From the sequence record MT446396.1: a stretch of 64,000 nucleotides of DNA; one strand, written 5' to 3'. Below the pieces are notes generated by a model. The model saw nothing but the letters and a program-made list of their open reading frames with translations. It was not told the DNA's origin and searched no databases. Source of the stretch: Escherichia virus TH22. Every line of letters starts with the position of its first letter. Positions within the stretch are counted from its first letter, which is position 1. Made by a program: the position numbers and the translations under genes. Positions 30,632-39,591 of this stretch are shown here, in pieces.

Positions 30632-31225
30632 ATGAATACTTTAAAGAAACTTGTTGAATTCATCCGCTCCAAACTGGGTACTGCAATGGCAAAAAACCTG
30701 TCTATTGAAGACCAATATACTCAAGCGGCGTCTACCCTGATTGACAAGATTACTGAGCTCCAGACTGCACACGTTAAGTCTGTTAATGAAGAAAAACGCA
30801 TCCGCGAATTAGCAAATGAAAAAGACCAACTCGCCGCTTCAAAAGAGCGGGAAATCCGCAAACTGATTGCTGATGGTGCTGATGTCCAGGTCCATGCTAA
30901 ACTGGGCCTCCTGTATCGTCGCACTGCTAAACAACTTCGTAAGAAGGCAGATGATTATGTTGAAATGCGTAATGAAATTAAATTGAAAGTTAAAGAGCTG
31001 GATGATTCTCGTCAGGAACTAGCTGTTAAACTGGAATACATCCGCGAAACCCGTAAGGTATCTGCCCTGGGTATTGCGACTGCAGATGATGTTGTTGAAA
31101 TCGCTGCATTGACTAAGATTGATATTGAAGACACCCTGATGCGTGTTGAAACCTTCAAAGGTCCACAGGTTGGTGTGGATACCACGTCAGCTGACATTGA
31201 AGAATACATCAATTCACTTAAGTAA
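30632..31225 (+). CDS. Hypothetical coiled-coil protein
   Basis: 197 aa rich in E/K/R/L heptad-like sequence. Confidence 0.6.
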   Translation: MNTLKKLVEFIRSKLGTAMAKNLSIEDQYTQAASTLIDKITELQTAHVKSVNEEKRIRELANEKDQLAASKEREIRKLIADGADVQVHAKLGLLYRRTAKQLRKKADDYVEMRNEIKLKVKELDDSRQELAVKLEYIRETRKVSALGIATADDVVEIAALTKIDIEDTLMRVETFKGPQVGVDTTSADIEEYINSLK

Positions 31226-31231
31226 GATAAA

Positions 31232-31250
31232 AGGGGGCTTTGCCCCCTTA
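31232..31250 (+). terminator. GC hairpin, possible weak terminator
   Basis: AGGGGGC-TTT-GCCCCCT hairpin after the 30632 gene; only a short U-run. Confidence 0.4.
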
Positions 31251-31269
31251 ATTGGGAGAGGAGAATATT

Positions 31270-31824
31270 ATGACTTCATACGATAATCTTATATCAAATG
31301 TAGACTGGTTTGGTGGTAGTGGCCTTGCTACTGAAACTAATACAGTTCTTTATAGAATCCGTGGTGACTTGGGTTATTCCAATGATTTCTTAAGAAGAAC
31401 AACAAGTCGCGGCGATACTACCAAATTGCCTTTTATTTTTGCTTTAGCTGAAGACCTTTCTTTCGCAGATGCCTTGGAAATTATTGACGTAAATCTGGGT
31501 ATTCAACGAGTGGAATTCGCTGGACTACGTTATTCAGTATATGCTTTAAACGAGAGCAATGATTGCATACTTCTTAATATGGCAGATGATGATTACCATT
31601 TAGTATGTTATGTGGCGCTAGAAAATGGTGATGTATTTGGAATGGTTGACCGACGGCCAGCTTATACTGATATTAAAAATTATGATAAAGCTGAGCTTGC
31701 TATTTTGACTAATGAGTACACATTAGAATGTCATAAACAAAAACGAAAGCTTAATCGTTTTATTACTGAATGTCGTGAATATGCTAAAGGGGTTCAAAAT
31801 GCGAACGCTATATCTGCCAAGTAA
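31270..31824 (+). CDS. Hypothetical protein
   Basis: Start at MTSYDNL after GAGGAGAATATT RBS; 184 aa. Confidence 0.6.
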   Translation: MTSYDNLISNVDWFGGSGLATETNTVLYRIRGDLGYSNDFLRRTTSRGDTTKLPFIFALAEDLSFADALEIIDVNLGIQRVEFAGLRYSVYALNESNDCILLNMADDDYHLVCYVALENGDVFGMVDRRPAYTDIKNYDKAELAILTNEYTLECHKQKRKLNRFITECREYAKGVQNANAISAK

Positions 31825-32158
31825 ACCAGAAAAATTTGTATATGCAGACAAAATTGATAAAGACCTTATGCCTCCATTTGGGGCTCTGTCCATGTGCATC
31901 GTTGGGGTTATAATGATGGTGCTTTGTGGGGATATGGGTATCATTAGTGTTGGAGCCGCCTGGGCACTAATAATTGCAGCTCCTTTTATTACAGTCCTGG
32001 GTATGATTTTGATAAATGTGTGGCATCAAAATCATATGAATAAAGGATACCGTGGACGAGTTAAAGAGTGGGAACAAAAATGTGTTTCCCTACAAGAAGA
32101 GCACAAAATTAAATGTGCCGAAGAATTTATTAAGGAGGTTCGTAATGGAACGGCCTAG
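31799..32158 (+). CDS. Small membrane protein, FIKEC-tail family member 1
   Basis: Start at MRTLYL after AAGGGG RBS; one or two TM segments; C-terminus ...CAEEFIKEVRNGTA. Confidence 0.5.
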   Translation: MRTLYLPSKPEKFVYADKIDKDLMPPFGALSMCIVGVIMMVLCGDMGIISVGAAWALIIAAPFITVLGMILINVWHQNHMNKGYRGRVKEWEQKCVSLQEEHKIKCAEEFIKEVRNGTA

Positions 32159-32498
32159 TCTTGCATCACATGTTTATCAATTGGCTGAATATGATATTGG
32201 TGCCAATTTATTATTAGGAATTGTCACCGCTATGCTCGGGGGGCTGGTTGGCCTGGTAATGACCACAGTTATGGCTGCAATCGAGGGAGTCATGCCTATT
32301 GAGATGGGCTTCTTTATGATAATTGCTCCGGCTGTTGTGGCTTATTTTATCCCGGTTGTGTATGATATCTGTCACACAAATGCCTTGAATGCTCCTAGCC
32401 GCAAGAGATACGCTTCGGCAATGGCTGAGTATAATAAGTTCCTAGACAAAACAAAACGCAATGACCTTGAAACCTTTATTAAGGAATGTAAATCATGA
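32145..32498 (+). CDS. Small membrane protein, FIKEC-tail family member 2
   Basis: Start at MERPSLASH; hydrophobic core; C-terminus ...LETFIKECKS. Confidence 0.55.
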   Translation: MERPSLASHVYQLAEYDIGANLLLGIVTAMLGGLVGLVMTTVMAAIEGVMPIEMGFFMIIAPAVVAYFIPVVYDICHTNALNAPSRKRYASAMAEYNKFLDKTKRNDLETFIKECKS

Positions 32499-32785
32499 AT
32501 AAAATTGAAATTGCTATCCCCAAGTATTATGATGAGAAATCTGCAGAAAAAGCTATCTATTCTCTTCTAAATAAGACCTCTGAAATTGAAAAACACTGTG
32601 AAGAAATCGCAGATGAATATGGTATCGAATTCAGCACTGGTGATTACGGCACCGGCCGTACATATCACCCAGTCGGTTATGGATGCTCTGAATGGTTCGC
32701 TCACCATATTGAAAACAACGGCGGGCAAGTTGAAAACGGCATTGTTACTGTTGGTGCCTGGGTTTCCTCTTCTGAGGTGTGCTAA
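32495..32785 (+). CDS. Small protein, W-V-S-S-S-x-E-C C-terminal family member 1
   Basis: 96 aa ending ...GIVTVGAWVSSSEVC. Confidence 0.6.
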   Translation: MNKIEIAIPKYYDEKSAEKAIYSLLNKTSEIEKHCEEIADEYGIEFSTGDYGTGRTYHPVGYGCSEWFAHHIENNGGQVENGIVTVGAWVSSSEVC

Positions 32786-32786
32786 T

Positions 32787-33068
32787 ATGATGAATGATTA
32801 CCGTAAAAATAAAGAACTGGCTAACGCAGTAAATGACATCCATAAAGCTATTCGTCGTGCCGAGGAAATTGCAAACAAATATGAGACTCATTTTAATATA
32901 TACCCTGCTCGCGGTATGGGCGGTGACTATTATTCTCCTGGCGCCTTGAAAACTGACCTTGCTCATTGGGAAGAACATGGTGAAGCTCAATACGCTATTG
33001 TTAACCAACACGACTACACAACAAGCCTAGAGCATGGTGGTTGGGTGTCCTCTTCTTCTGAATGTTAA
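32787..33068 (+). CDS. Small protein, W-V-S-S-S-x-E-C family member 2
   Basis: Start at MMNDYRK (track ORF 32586 is a 5' over-extension into the previous gene); ends ...LEHGGWVSSSSEC. Confidence 0.6.
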   Translation: MMNDYRKNKELANAVNDIHKAIRRAEEIANKYETHFNIYPARGMGGDYYSPGALKTDLAHWEEHGEAQYAIVNQHDYTTSLEHGGWVSSSSEC

Positions 33069-33076
33069 GGAATTAT

Positions 33077-33274
33077 ATGTCTCGTGAATTAGATTGTGCA
33101 ATCCGTACTGCTGCGGCAGCTATTGAAAACGTTATCCAGATTTGCAAAGAAGAACGCGAAGAAGCTGATATCTACATTGATGGTGTTCGTGACTTAGAAC
33201 GACATATCACGCTTTATAACGGTTGTATTACTATTAGTGGTACCTCTTGGGTATCATCCTCTTACGAATGCTAA
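33077..33274 (+). CDS. Small protein, W-V-S-S-S-x-E-C family member 3
   Basis: Start at MSRELD; ends ...ISGTSWVSSSYEC. Confidence 0.55.
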   Translation: MSRELDCAIRTAAAAIENVIQICKEEREEADIYIDGVRDLERHITLYNGCITISGTSWVSSSYEC

Positions 33275-33284
33275 GGAAATAAAA

Positions 33285-33509
33285 ATGTCTGATATTAATG
33301 AATTAGAAAAAGCAGCACTTGAACTGGCTGCATTGTATAAGAAAGTAAAAGATATGGCTTCTGCTCAAGATTTTGGTGTCGAGCTCGATGATTATGACGG
33401 CGAAGTCCGACTTGAAGACTGGTTGAACAGCTCTTGTTATGGTGAAGAAGCTGGCCGTACCTTCGTTGCTCGTGCCGATGGTAAAATCTGGTACCCGAGC
33501 AGCTGCTAA
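33285..33509 (+). CDS. Small protein, degenerate family member 4
   Basis: Start at MSDINEL; ends ...DGKIWYPSSC. Confidence 0.5.
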   Translation: MSDINELEKAALELAALYKKVKDMASAQDFGVELDDYDGEVRLEDWLNSSCYGEEAGRTFVARADGKIWYPSSC

Positions 33510-33539
33510 AATTATCACAAGGATGTGATAGGAGGACTT

Positions 33540-33869
33540 ATGCACAGAGATTCAGTATTTAAATATCTTTTAAAAACAGATAAAGAATTTTATATGGATG
33601 GACAAGCATTCTTGTTCGTTCGCGGTAAGCGTGAAATGTTTTATAAATGCGACCTCTCCATGCATCATCACATGTACCATACCCATGGCGAGTCCATACT
33701 AGGGTTCTCTGGTGATGAGACTAAACATATAGCTATGTATTATGACCATTTCAAGCTTAATGATTGTGGTGATAATGCTTTGGTCTGGAATCCATCTTGG
33801 TGTCGGTGGGATACAATAGACAACAATAAATTATTTTTAGAATATTGCAGAAGTAGTATACAACTCTAG
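33540..33869 (+). CDS. Hypothetical His/Cys-rich protein
   Basis: Start at MHRDS after AGGAGG RBS; HHHMYHTH stretch and several Cys. Confidence 0.55.
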   Translation: MHRDSVFKYLLKTDKEFYMDGQAFLFVRGKREMFYKCDLSMHHHMYHTHGESILGFSGDETKHIAMYYDHFKLNDCGDNALVWNPSWCRWDTIDNNKLFLEYCRSSIQL

Positions 33870-33933
33870 AAAATCGTGTTACTATTCTCTTATCAACTGA
33901 TGACACTCACGTTATCAGAACAGGAGAATAAAA

Positions 33934-34134
33934 ATGTCTATCGCAAACGAATTAATCAAAGTTCTGAACGAAGCCAAAGCCAACCAACTGGAGGTTAATC
34001 TCCAGGAAGTTTCAGATGGCATTAAAGTAACCATCAGCGGCGATGGCGTTCCAGGCACTACAGAGGTTTACGATTCTTTGGAAGAAGTGGTTTCTTGCAT
34101 TAAAAGAGCCGTTTACTTATATGGTATAATTTGA
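33934..34134 (+). CDS. Hypothetical small protein
   Basis: 66 aa; preceded by degenerate promoter-like leader ending CAGGAGAATAAAAATG. Confidence 0.5.
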   Translation: MSIANELIKVLNEAKANQLEVNLQEVSDGIKVTISGDGVPGTTEVYDSLEEVVSCIKRAVYLYGII

Positions 34135-34144
34135 GGAAAATATT

Positions 34145-34312
34145 ATGTATAATGTTCTTATTGTTTTTGTCACTCATCCGCAAGGTGGAGTAAGACAGAA
34201 TACTTCTCAAGTGGTTCAATTTTCTTCACTAGAGGCCGCCAATCTTGCTGCCTCACGAATTGAAGCGAAAAAATCGGCACTTGGAAAATATGAAGTAACT
34301 CGTCTTTACTAA
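34145..34312 (+). CDS. Small ORF (55 aa), below ORF-track size cutoff
   Basis: ATG preceded by GAGGAAAATATT, the same initiation region reused at 34326 and 35345; translation MYNVLIVFVTHPQGG... Confidence 0.4.
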   Translation: MYNVLIVFVTHPQGGVRQNTSQVVQFSSLEAANLAASRIEAKKSALGKYEVTRLY

Positions 34313-34325
34313 TGAGGAAAATATT

Positions 34326-35285
34326 ATGATGTTAGTTATTGGCTCTCGCGCATTGCATAACGCCGGTCTGATTGAAAGTAAGAAAATTGAAAACTCTGAT
34401 TGGGACTTTATAGCAGACCAAGGTTCCTGGAACAACTTTAAAACCCAGATGATGGGGCAGCATGTTCCTGTGGATAACCCAGATGTGCAAGCTTTTAAGT
34501 GTATGCACAACGGTAAAGAAACCTATTTTGAAGCATACATCGTCCGAGCCCTGACAAGTGTTCGTGAGCTGACTGATGAGCTACAAGAGGAAGATTTTAC
34601 TTCCAGTTATCGTCTGCTCAAATATGCGAAGGCGAATATTCAGAAAGACCGTCTATCTGGTTTTTACTGGGCGACTCCTGATATTTGTCTGGCAATTAAA
34701 CTGTCTCATCGTTACCTGAAGAACAATCCATTCTTCCTGAAGACCATGAGTCATATTAATTACCTTCGTAATAAGGGTGTTGTTCTTAATGATGAACTGC
34801 AGAAAATCATGCTGCAACGCCAGGCAGAAACATTGTCATATAGCCACCCTAAACTAGACGTGGGCAAGAAAACTTTCTTTAATGATACAATCTATACCCT
34901 TGACCATGACTCCATCCACGAGGCCGTGGCACTTGCTGATAAGCCTGCATATAAGTTCTATATGAAGGATGATTCAGAAGTCATGACCTCACGTGAAAAA
35001 TTTGAAGCACTCCCTGATGTTATTAAACTGGCAGGGGTTTATGAAGAAGCATGTGTGCTTGCTCTGGAACGTTCACAGGTTCCTAATGAGTTCAATATCT
35101 CTCCATCCGTGAGCTTCCATATTGCTCTGGAAAAAGTCTGTACCTCCATTACTTCTGGATGGTTCCGTGAGTATGCCTGGGAACATTACCAGGATGTGGT
35201 TAATATGTACAACACCCTGGGACACGAAGACTATGTTAAACGTTTCAAAGCTAACCAACATTTAATTCGTCCTTTCGAAAAATAA
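34326..35285 (+). CDS. Hypothetical protein (319 aa)
   Basis: Long ORF with strong RBS; N-terminal GSRAL...SDWDFIAD is loosely reminiscent of a nucleotidyltransferase G-S...D-x-D motif but the spacing is atypical. Confidence 0.65.
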   Translation: MMLVIGSRALHNAGLIESKKIENSDWDFIADQGSWNNFKTQMMGQHVPVDNPDVQAFKCMHNGKETYFEAYIVRALTSVRELTDELQEEDFTSSYRLLKYAKANIQKDRLSGFYWATPDICLAIKLSHRYLKNNPFFLKTMSHINYLRNKGVVLNDELQKIMLQRQAETLSYSHPKLDVGKKTFFNDTIYTLDHDSIHEAVALADKPAYKFYMKDDSEVMTSREKFEALPDVIKLAGVYEEACVLALERSQVPNEFNISPSVSFHIALEKVCTSITSGWFREYAWEHYQDVVNMYNTLGHEDYVKRFKANQHLIRPFEK

Positions 35286-35344
35286 GTGTGTACAACCAAA
35301 TGGGGCTATGACATAATGGTCCCACAATCAATGAGGAAAATATT
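35286..35344 (+). promoter_or_regulatory. Early promoter cassette
   Basis: TGTACA -35, CATAAT -10 flanked by GGGGCTATG...(C)ATAATGGTCCC imperfect inverted repeat, leader GAGGAAAATATT. Confidence 0.65.
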
Positions 35345-36031
35345 ATGAACGGTCCTAAAACTTTTAATAGTCAAGCTCGTGCAGTAGGTGGTTTTGCCGG
35401 CGGTATTTCTAATGATAAAATCAAGAACGAGCCTATGTTCTTCAACTGTAGTTTAGAATTTGCTTATAATAACGGCGGTCCTATTACTCGCAGCTTCATC
35501 ATGAACTTGCCAGATGATTGGAACACCGACCAGGTTGTATTTGATTCTCGGGTTCATATGCTGATGCCTGGTTGGTATCCTGCTATCCCAGGTTATCACC
35601 ATGACGATGTACCACGCCCGGATATTCCGGTTGGTCAACACTTTATTACTGCAGGGCAACCTGATTATGATAATCCTCGTTACCATTCTGAACATATTCT
35701 TGGTCTTGTTAACGCTGATGTGTGTCCTACTTATTTTGCAACCGGAACTGCACAATTTAGTCAGATTCCTGAAGGCGAACTTATCTATCGCCAGTGGCAT
35801 AAAGAAGTTCTGGAAAAAATTGAGTCCAATGAATTAACCAAGTGGGATGCTCCTGACCGCACGTTGCTCCAGTTTGATTGGCAGACATGGCATACAGGTT
35901 CTCGCGCAGTAAGTAACGGTTGGCGCTGGTTTGGTCGCGTGTCTCGTAATACCGACCGTGTTAAAAAGATTACAAATGAAATCCGCGTTAATGCTCAAGT
36001 ATATCTGGAATTCCCTATGGAGGGATGGTAA
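35345..36031 (+). CDS. Hypothetical protein (228 aa)
   Basis: ORF directly after cassette; no motif I can name. Confidence 0.65.
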   Translation: MNGPKTFNSQARAVGGFAGGISNDKIKNEPMFFNCSLEFAYNNGGPITRSFIMNLPDDWNTDQVVFDSRVHMLMPGWYPAIPGYHHDDVPRPDIPVGQHFITAGQPDYDNPRYHSEHILGLVNADVCPTYFATGTAQFSQIPEGELIYRQWHKEVLEKIESNELTKWDAPDRTLLQFDWQTWHTGSRAVSNGWRWFGRVSRNTDRVKKITNEIRVNAQVYLEFPMEGW

Positions 36032-36606
36032 TGATGTATGAACCCGGTTGCATGGGTGATATGAAAGGTCCACAAGGATGTGCAGGTATTCCAGTTCCAA
36101 GAGATGAATTTATGATTACCAAAAGATATTGGGCAGACCTTGATGATGGCGATGAAGGAATCAAGGTGGAAAACGTTGATTGGTCGCGATGCAATCGCCA
36201 TATGAAAGAGCTTTTAATTGAGGAATATAAAATGAAGCACATCGTTAAAGGTTGGCAACCAGAACCACATAAAGAACAAACACCTGACCCATTGATTTGT
36301 TATAGTGAAAAATATGGTTTTCGTACATGGAGCGATGAATATGACAAGTTAGTGTGCTCCAGATTCTATGCCTGGATGGGAATACTATTTTTTCCAATCC
36401 TGTGGTTTTTCCTGACAACGAAAAATGACTTGCCAGTTTGCATATTCGGGGCAGCAGTGACTGCGGCCATTGCAGGTATTATCGCCTCATTTTTATGGAC
36501 TGCGATTATTGAAGTACCTTTTCGTATTTCTAAAGTTAAAAAGGTATATGACAATATCACAAAGAAAAATACATTGAACTCTTTTATTGAGGAATGTCGC
36601 AAATGA
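36031..36606 (+). CDS. Membrane protein, FIKEC-tail family member 3
   Basis: Start at ATG overlapping previous stop; C-terminal hydrophobic segments then ...TLNSFIEECRK. Confidence 0.55.
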   Translation: MMYEPGCMGDMKGPQGCAGIPVPRDEFMITKRYWADLDDGDEGIKVENVDWSRCNRHMKELLIEEYKMKHIVKGWQPEPHKEQTPDPLICYSEKYGFRTWSDEYDKLVCSRFYAWMGILFFPILWFFLTTKNDLPVCIFGAAVTAAIAGIIASFLWTAIIEVPFRISKVKKVYDNITKKNTLNSFIEECRK

Positions 36607-36839
36607 GTATTGCAATTTATATTAAATCCGAGTCATGTGATTCTTACCTGTATTCCTATGATAAAGGTACGCCCGAAGTTGAAATCAAAGATGATTTAGA
36701 AATTGACCTGGACTTGTTCCGCCCAATTTCTGAATACAGAGTTCAAACTTCTAGTAGTGAATCACCTTCAACAGAAACACGCATTGAAATTATTATGGCT
36801 GAAATCTTTAAAAAATCTTGGGAACGTGATGATGAGTAA
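36594..36839 (+). CDS. Hypothetical acidic protein
   Basis: 81 aa; overlaps nudE start. Confidence 0.5.
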   Translation: MSQMSIAIYIKSESCDSYLYSYDKGTPEVEIKDDLEIDLDLFRPISEYRVQTSSSESPSTETRIEIIMAEIFKKSWERDDE

Positions 36840-37290
36840 GAAAAACGTGGTGAAAGAATTATCTGCTGGCATTATTTTCATGACTGAAGATAAAGAGTTA
36901 TTCATGGGGCGCGTGACTGGTTCTCGCAAACCGGGTATGCCTGCGCATAAATGGGATATCCCTAAGGGTCATGTTGAAGCCGGTGAATCCCCGATTGAAG
37001 CAGCTATGCGTGAATGTGAAGAAGAAACAGGCTTTACCCAGTATGACCCGGCATTCTTAAAAGACCTAGGCGAGTTCCGTTATTCAGATAACAAAAACCT
37101 TCACCTGTTTTTGTACACGGCCCCGGTCGAGCATGAGCAGTTCAGACATAGTAAATGCTCTGCCTATCATACCTTCCCGGATGGTAGTTCGGCCCCCGAG
37201 TTTGATGCATTTGCTCTGATTAAACCGAGCCAATGGCAATACGTAATGGGTAAATCGATGTACAAGGTTTTGACTCAAATTTTCGGATAA
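36832..37290 (+). CDS. nudE: Nudix hydrolase NudE
   Basis: Nudix box GHVEAGESPIEAAMRECEEETG; 152 aa; immediately upstream of lysozyme e as T4 e.1/nudE. Confidence 0.85.
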   Translation: MSKKNVVKELSAGIIFMTEDKELFMGRVTGSRKPGMPAHKWDIPKGHVEAGESPIEAAMRECEEETGFTQYDPAFLKDLGEFRYSDNKNLHLFLYTAPVEHEQFRHSKCSAYHTFPDGSSAPEFDAFALIKPSQWQYVMGKSMYKVLTQIFG

Positions 37291-37316
37291 TAAATACCCC
37301 TATATAAGGGGGTATT

Positions 37317-37808
37317 ATGAATATATTCGAAATGTTACGCATAGATGAAGGTTGTAAGTTGGATTTGTACCGTGACACCGAAGGCTTTTGGACCATCGGC
37401 ATCGGTCAATTGATAACTAAGAACCCATCGAAAGACGTTGCTCGCGCTGAGCTGGACAAATTAATGGGTCGTGTTTGCAACGGTAGGATTACCCAGATTG
37501 AAGCTGAAACCTTGTTTAACCGTTCAGTGGAAAAAGCTAAAGCCGGAATCTTGAAACATCCTGTCTTAAAACCTGTTTATGATGTACTGGATGAAGTTCG
37601 TCGTTGCGCACTCATTAATATGGTATTCCAAATGGGTGTAGCTGGTGTAGCTGGTTTTCCTAAGGGGCTGCGATTGCTCAAGGCTAAATCATGGGAAGCT
37701 GCTGCTAAGGAACTGGCTGACTCAAGATGGTATAAAGTCCAGACTCCGAACCGGGCCAAACGAGTTATTGAAACTTTCCGTACTGGAACTTTTGACGCAT
37801 ACAAATGA
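37317..37808 (+). CDS. e: Endolysin (T4 lysozyme e)
   Basis: [12 protein letters not shown]...[14 protein letters not shown]...[19 protein letters not shown] matches T4 lysozyme over its length (163 vs 164 aa). Confidence 0.95.
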   Translation: MNIFEMLRIDEGCKLDLYRDTEGFWTIGIGQLITKNPSKDVARAELDKLMGRVCNGRITQIEAETLFNRSVEKAKAGILKHPVLKPVYDVLDEVRRCALINMVFQMGVAGVAGFPKGLRLLKAKSWEAAAKELADSRWYKVQTPNRAKRVIETFRTGTFDAYK

Positions 37809-37864
37809 GTTTACATCTCCAAACGATAGGGTTATAATGACCCTATCAACTACGGAGAACAAAC
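37809..37864 (+). promoter_or_regulatory. Early promoter cassette
   Basis: GTTTAC -35; TATAAT -10 in loop of inverted repeat GATAGGG...CCCTATC. Confidence 0.7.
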
Positions 37865-38281
37865 ATGACTCGCATTAATTTAACCCTGGTATCTGAACTT
37901 GCTGACCAACACCTTATGGCTGAATACCGTGAGCTTCCTCGCGTGTTTGGTGCTGTTCGTAAGCATGTGCAAAATGGTAAAAAGGTGTCTGACTTTAAAA
38001 TCCCATCATCTTTTCTTTTAGGAACTGGTCATGTCACCTTCTTTTATGATAAGCTTTTGTTCCTTAAAAACCGTCATCAAGAACTTATTGCTGAATGTTT
38101 AAAGCGAGGGTTTAATATAAAAGATATTTCTACCCAAGATTTAAATGATATTCCTGATGAATGGAAGAATGATTATCAACCATCAATCTGGTCAATTGAA
38201 ATCAGTCAATCCAGACTGAATGAGAAAATTTCTCAAAAGCCTACCTGGTACAAATACTATGGGAAAGCTGTGTACGCTTAA
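37865..38281 (+). CDS. denV: Endonuclease V (pyrimidine-dimer DNA glycosylase)
   Basis: [35 protein letters not shown]...[13 protein letters not shown] matches T4 DenV (138 aa). Confidence 0.95.
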   Translation: MTRINLTLVSELADQHLMAEYRELPRVFGAVRKHVQNGKKVSDFKIPSSFLLGTGHVTFFYDKLLFLKNRHQELIAECLKRGFNIKDISTQDLNDIPDEWKNDYQPSIWSIEISQSRLNEKISQKPTWYKYYGKAVYA

Positions 38282-38329
38282 CTAAAAAGGTTGTATAATG
38301 ATTTTATCAACCAAACAATGGAATATAAA
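38270..38329 (+). promoter_or_regulatory. Early promoter cassette overlapping denV stop
   Basis: GTGTAC -35 within last denV codons, TATAAT -10 inside GGTTG...CAACC inverted repeat. Confidence 0.6.
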
Positions 38330-38644
38330 ATGAAAACTTATCAAGAATTTATTACTGAATCTACTCAACAACGTGTTGAAGGTGGTTATGTCTGGATTGA
38401 ACAGTTAACCCCACCAAGTGAAACAAGCACTGGTTCGTGGAAAATTACTGTTGATGGTCCTGGTGGAAAACGCAAGACTATTAAAGAAATTAAAGGTTAT
38501 TATGACGAAGCTAAATCATGGGCTGGTAGTCATGTAATGCAGATTAAAATTGCAAACCCAGATAACGTTCATGCGGCAAAAGCGTTCCGTCGCATTGGTA
38601 ATAAACTTTATGATGCGTTTTTGCGCGATTTCCCTAAAGCTTAA
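38330..38644 (+). CDS. Internal protein-like, CTS MKTYQEFITES
   Basis: Start at internal Met of track ORF; CTS identical to the 38658 protein; position matches T4 ipII/ipIII beside denV/e. Confidence 0.7.
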   Translation: MKTYQEFITESTQQRVEGGYVWIEQLTPPSETSTGSWKITVDGPGGKRKTIKEIKGYYDEAKSWAGSHVMQIKIANPDNVHAAKAFRRIGNKLYDAFLRDFPKA

Positions 38645-38657
38645 CTAAAGAGCCATT

Positions 38658-38921
38658 ATGAAAACTTATCAAGAATTTATTACTGAATCCGCTAAAGCTC
38701 CTGCTGGTTCCTTTAAAGTCCGCGCCTTCGCTGGTGATGCTGAAGACTTTGGTACCATGAAGCGCAATGGTTATTCTTTCTTTGGCGGCGATGGCAAAGA
38801 AATTGTTACCTATGCAAAACGCCGCGAAATCGCATTTGTGGTTGCTGGTAAGAAAGTTGATGTTGACGATATTGAATGGGACTTTGAGACCTTTGGTATT
38901 GTTTCTGGCGGTAAAGCGTAA
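38658..38921 (+). CDS. Internal protein-like, CTS MKTYQEFITES
   Basis: 87 aa; first 32 nt of coding sequence identical to 38330 gene. Confidence 0.7.
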   Translation: MKTYQEFITESAKAPAGSFKVRAFAGDAEDFGTMKRNGYSFFGGDGKEIVTYAKRREIAFVVAGKKVDVDDIEWDFETFGIVSGGKA

Positions 38922-39063
38922 TAATTAAATGGGAATAACCTGGACCTCAATCCTGAGGGACTCCCGCCAACCTGTAATAAGGTCGAGCCCGCGGCGGTAA
39001 TGGGTAATACAGGAAGGGATGAATTAATGTGCCAAGGAACGGCCCCACAACTAAGAGACAACT

Positions 39064-39591
39064 ATGAAATTTTTAACTCCAATTTATCTAACCTTAATGC
39101 ACGCCTTCGCTGAACGCGCCATTGAACGCTTAGATTCAGACCAATACACCTGGTATGAACCTACTTCAAGAATGCAAGAGTTTGGTACTCTTAGACTTGA
39201 TGGTGGAAGACAAACAGGTAAAACAAGTGCCATTGCACAGTTCGCCGCAGATTGGGTTTCTAAGGGTAATGATGTGATTGTTATGTCGAGTTCTTCGCAT
39301 CGCTCACGAGAAATCTGTGATATAATAAAGCGGGTTTCTAAAGCACAACCACATCTTAATGTTGAACGACCTGGTTTTGTTGTATATGATACCGTTCGTT
39401 CATTTTTAGACGAAGATAATTTCCATAAGTATCGTGGGTTATCTGTTACTCGATTATTGATTATTATCGAAGAGCCTATTCGCCTTCCAGCGATGGATAA
39501 GTTCTATGAAGCTTACCAGGTAATGCTGAATAAATTTATGTGTCAAGGTTCTAAACCTCTGCCGTTATTCTTTGTGATAGGAATGCAATAA
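39064..39591 (+). CDS. P-loop NTPase-like protein
   Basis: Walker A-like GGRQTGKTS and hydrophobic strand then acidic residue (LLIIIEE). Confidence 0.6.
   Translation: MKFLTPIYLTLMHAFAERAIERLDSDQYTWYEPTSRMQEFGTLRLDGGRQTGKTSAIAQFAADWVSKGNDVIVMSSSSHRSREICDIIKRVSKAQPHLNVERPGFVVYDTVRSFLDEDNFHKYRGLSVTRLLIIIEEPIRLPAMDKFYEAYQVMLNKFMCQGSKPLPLFFVIGMQ

Noticed and set aside
32586-33068. 160-aa track ORF 32586..33068 as a single gene
   Set aside because: Its 5' part overlaps the 32495 gene in another frame; the promoter/RBS pattern and family alignment support a start at 32787.
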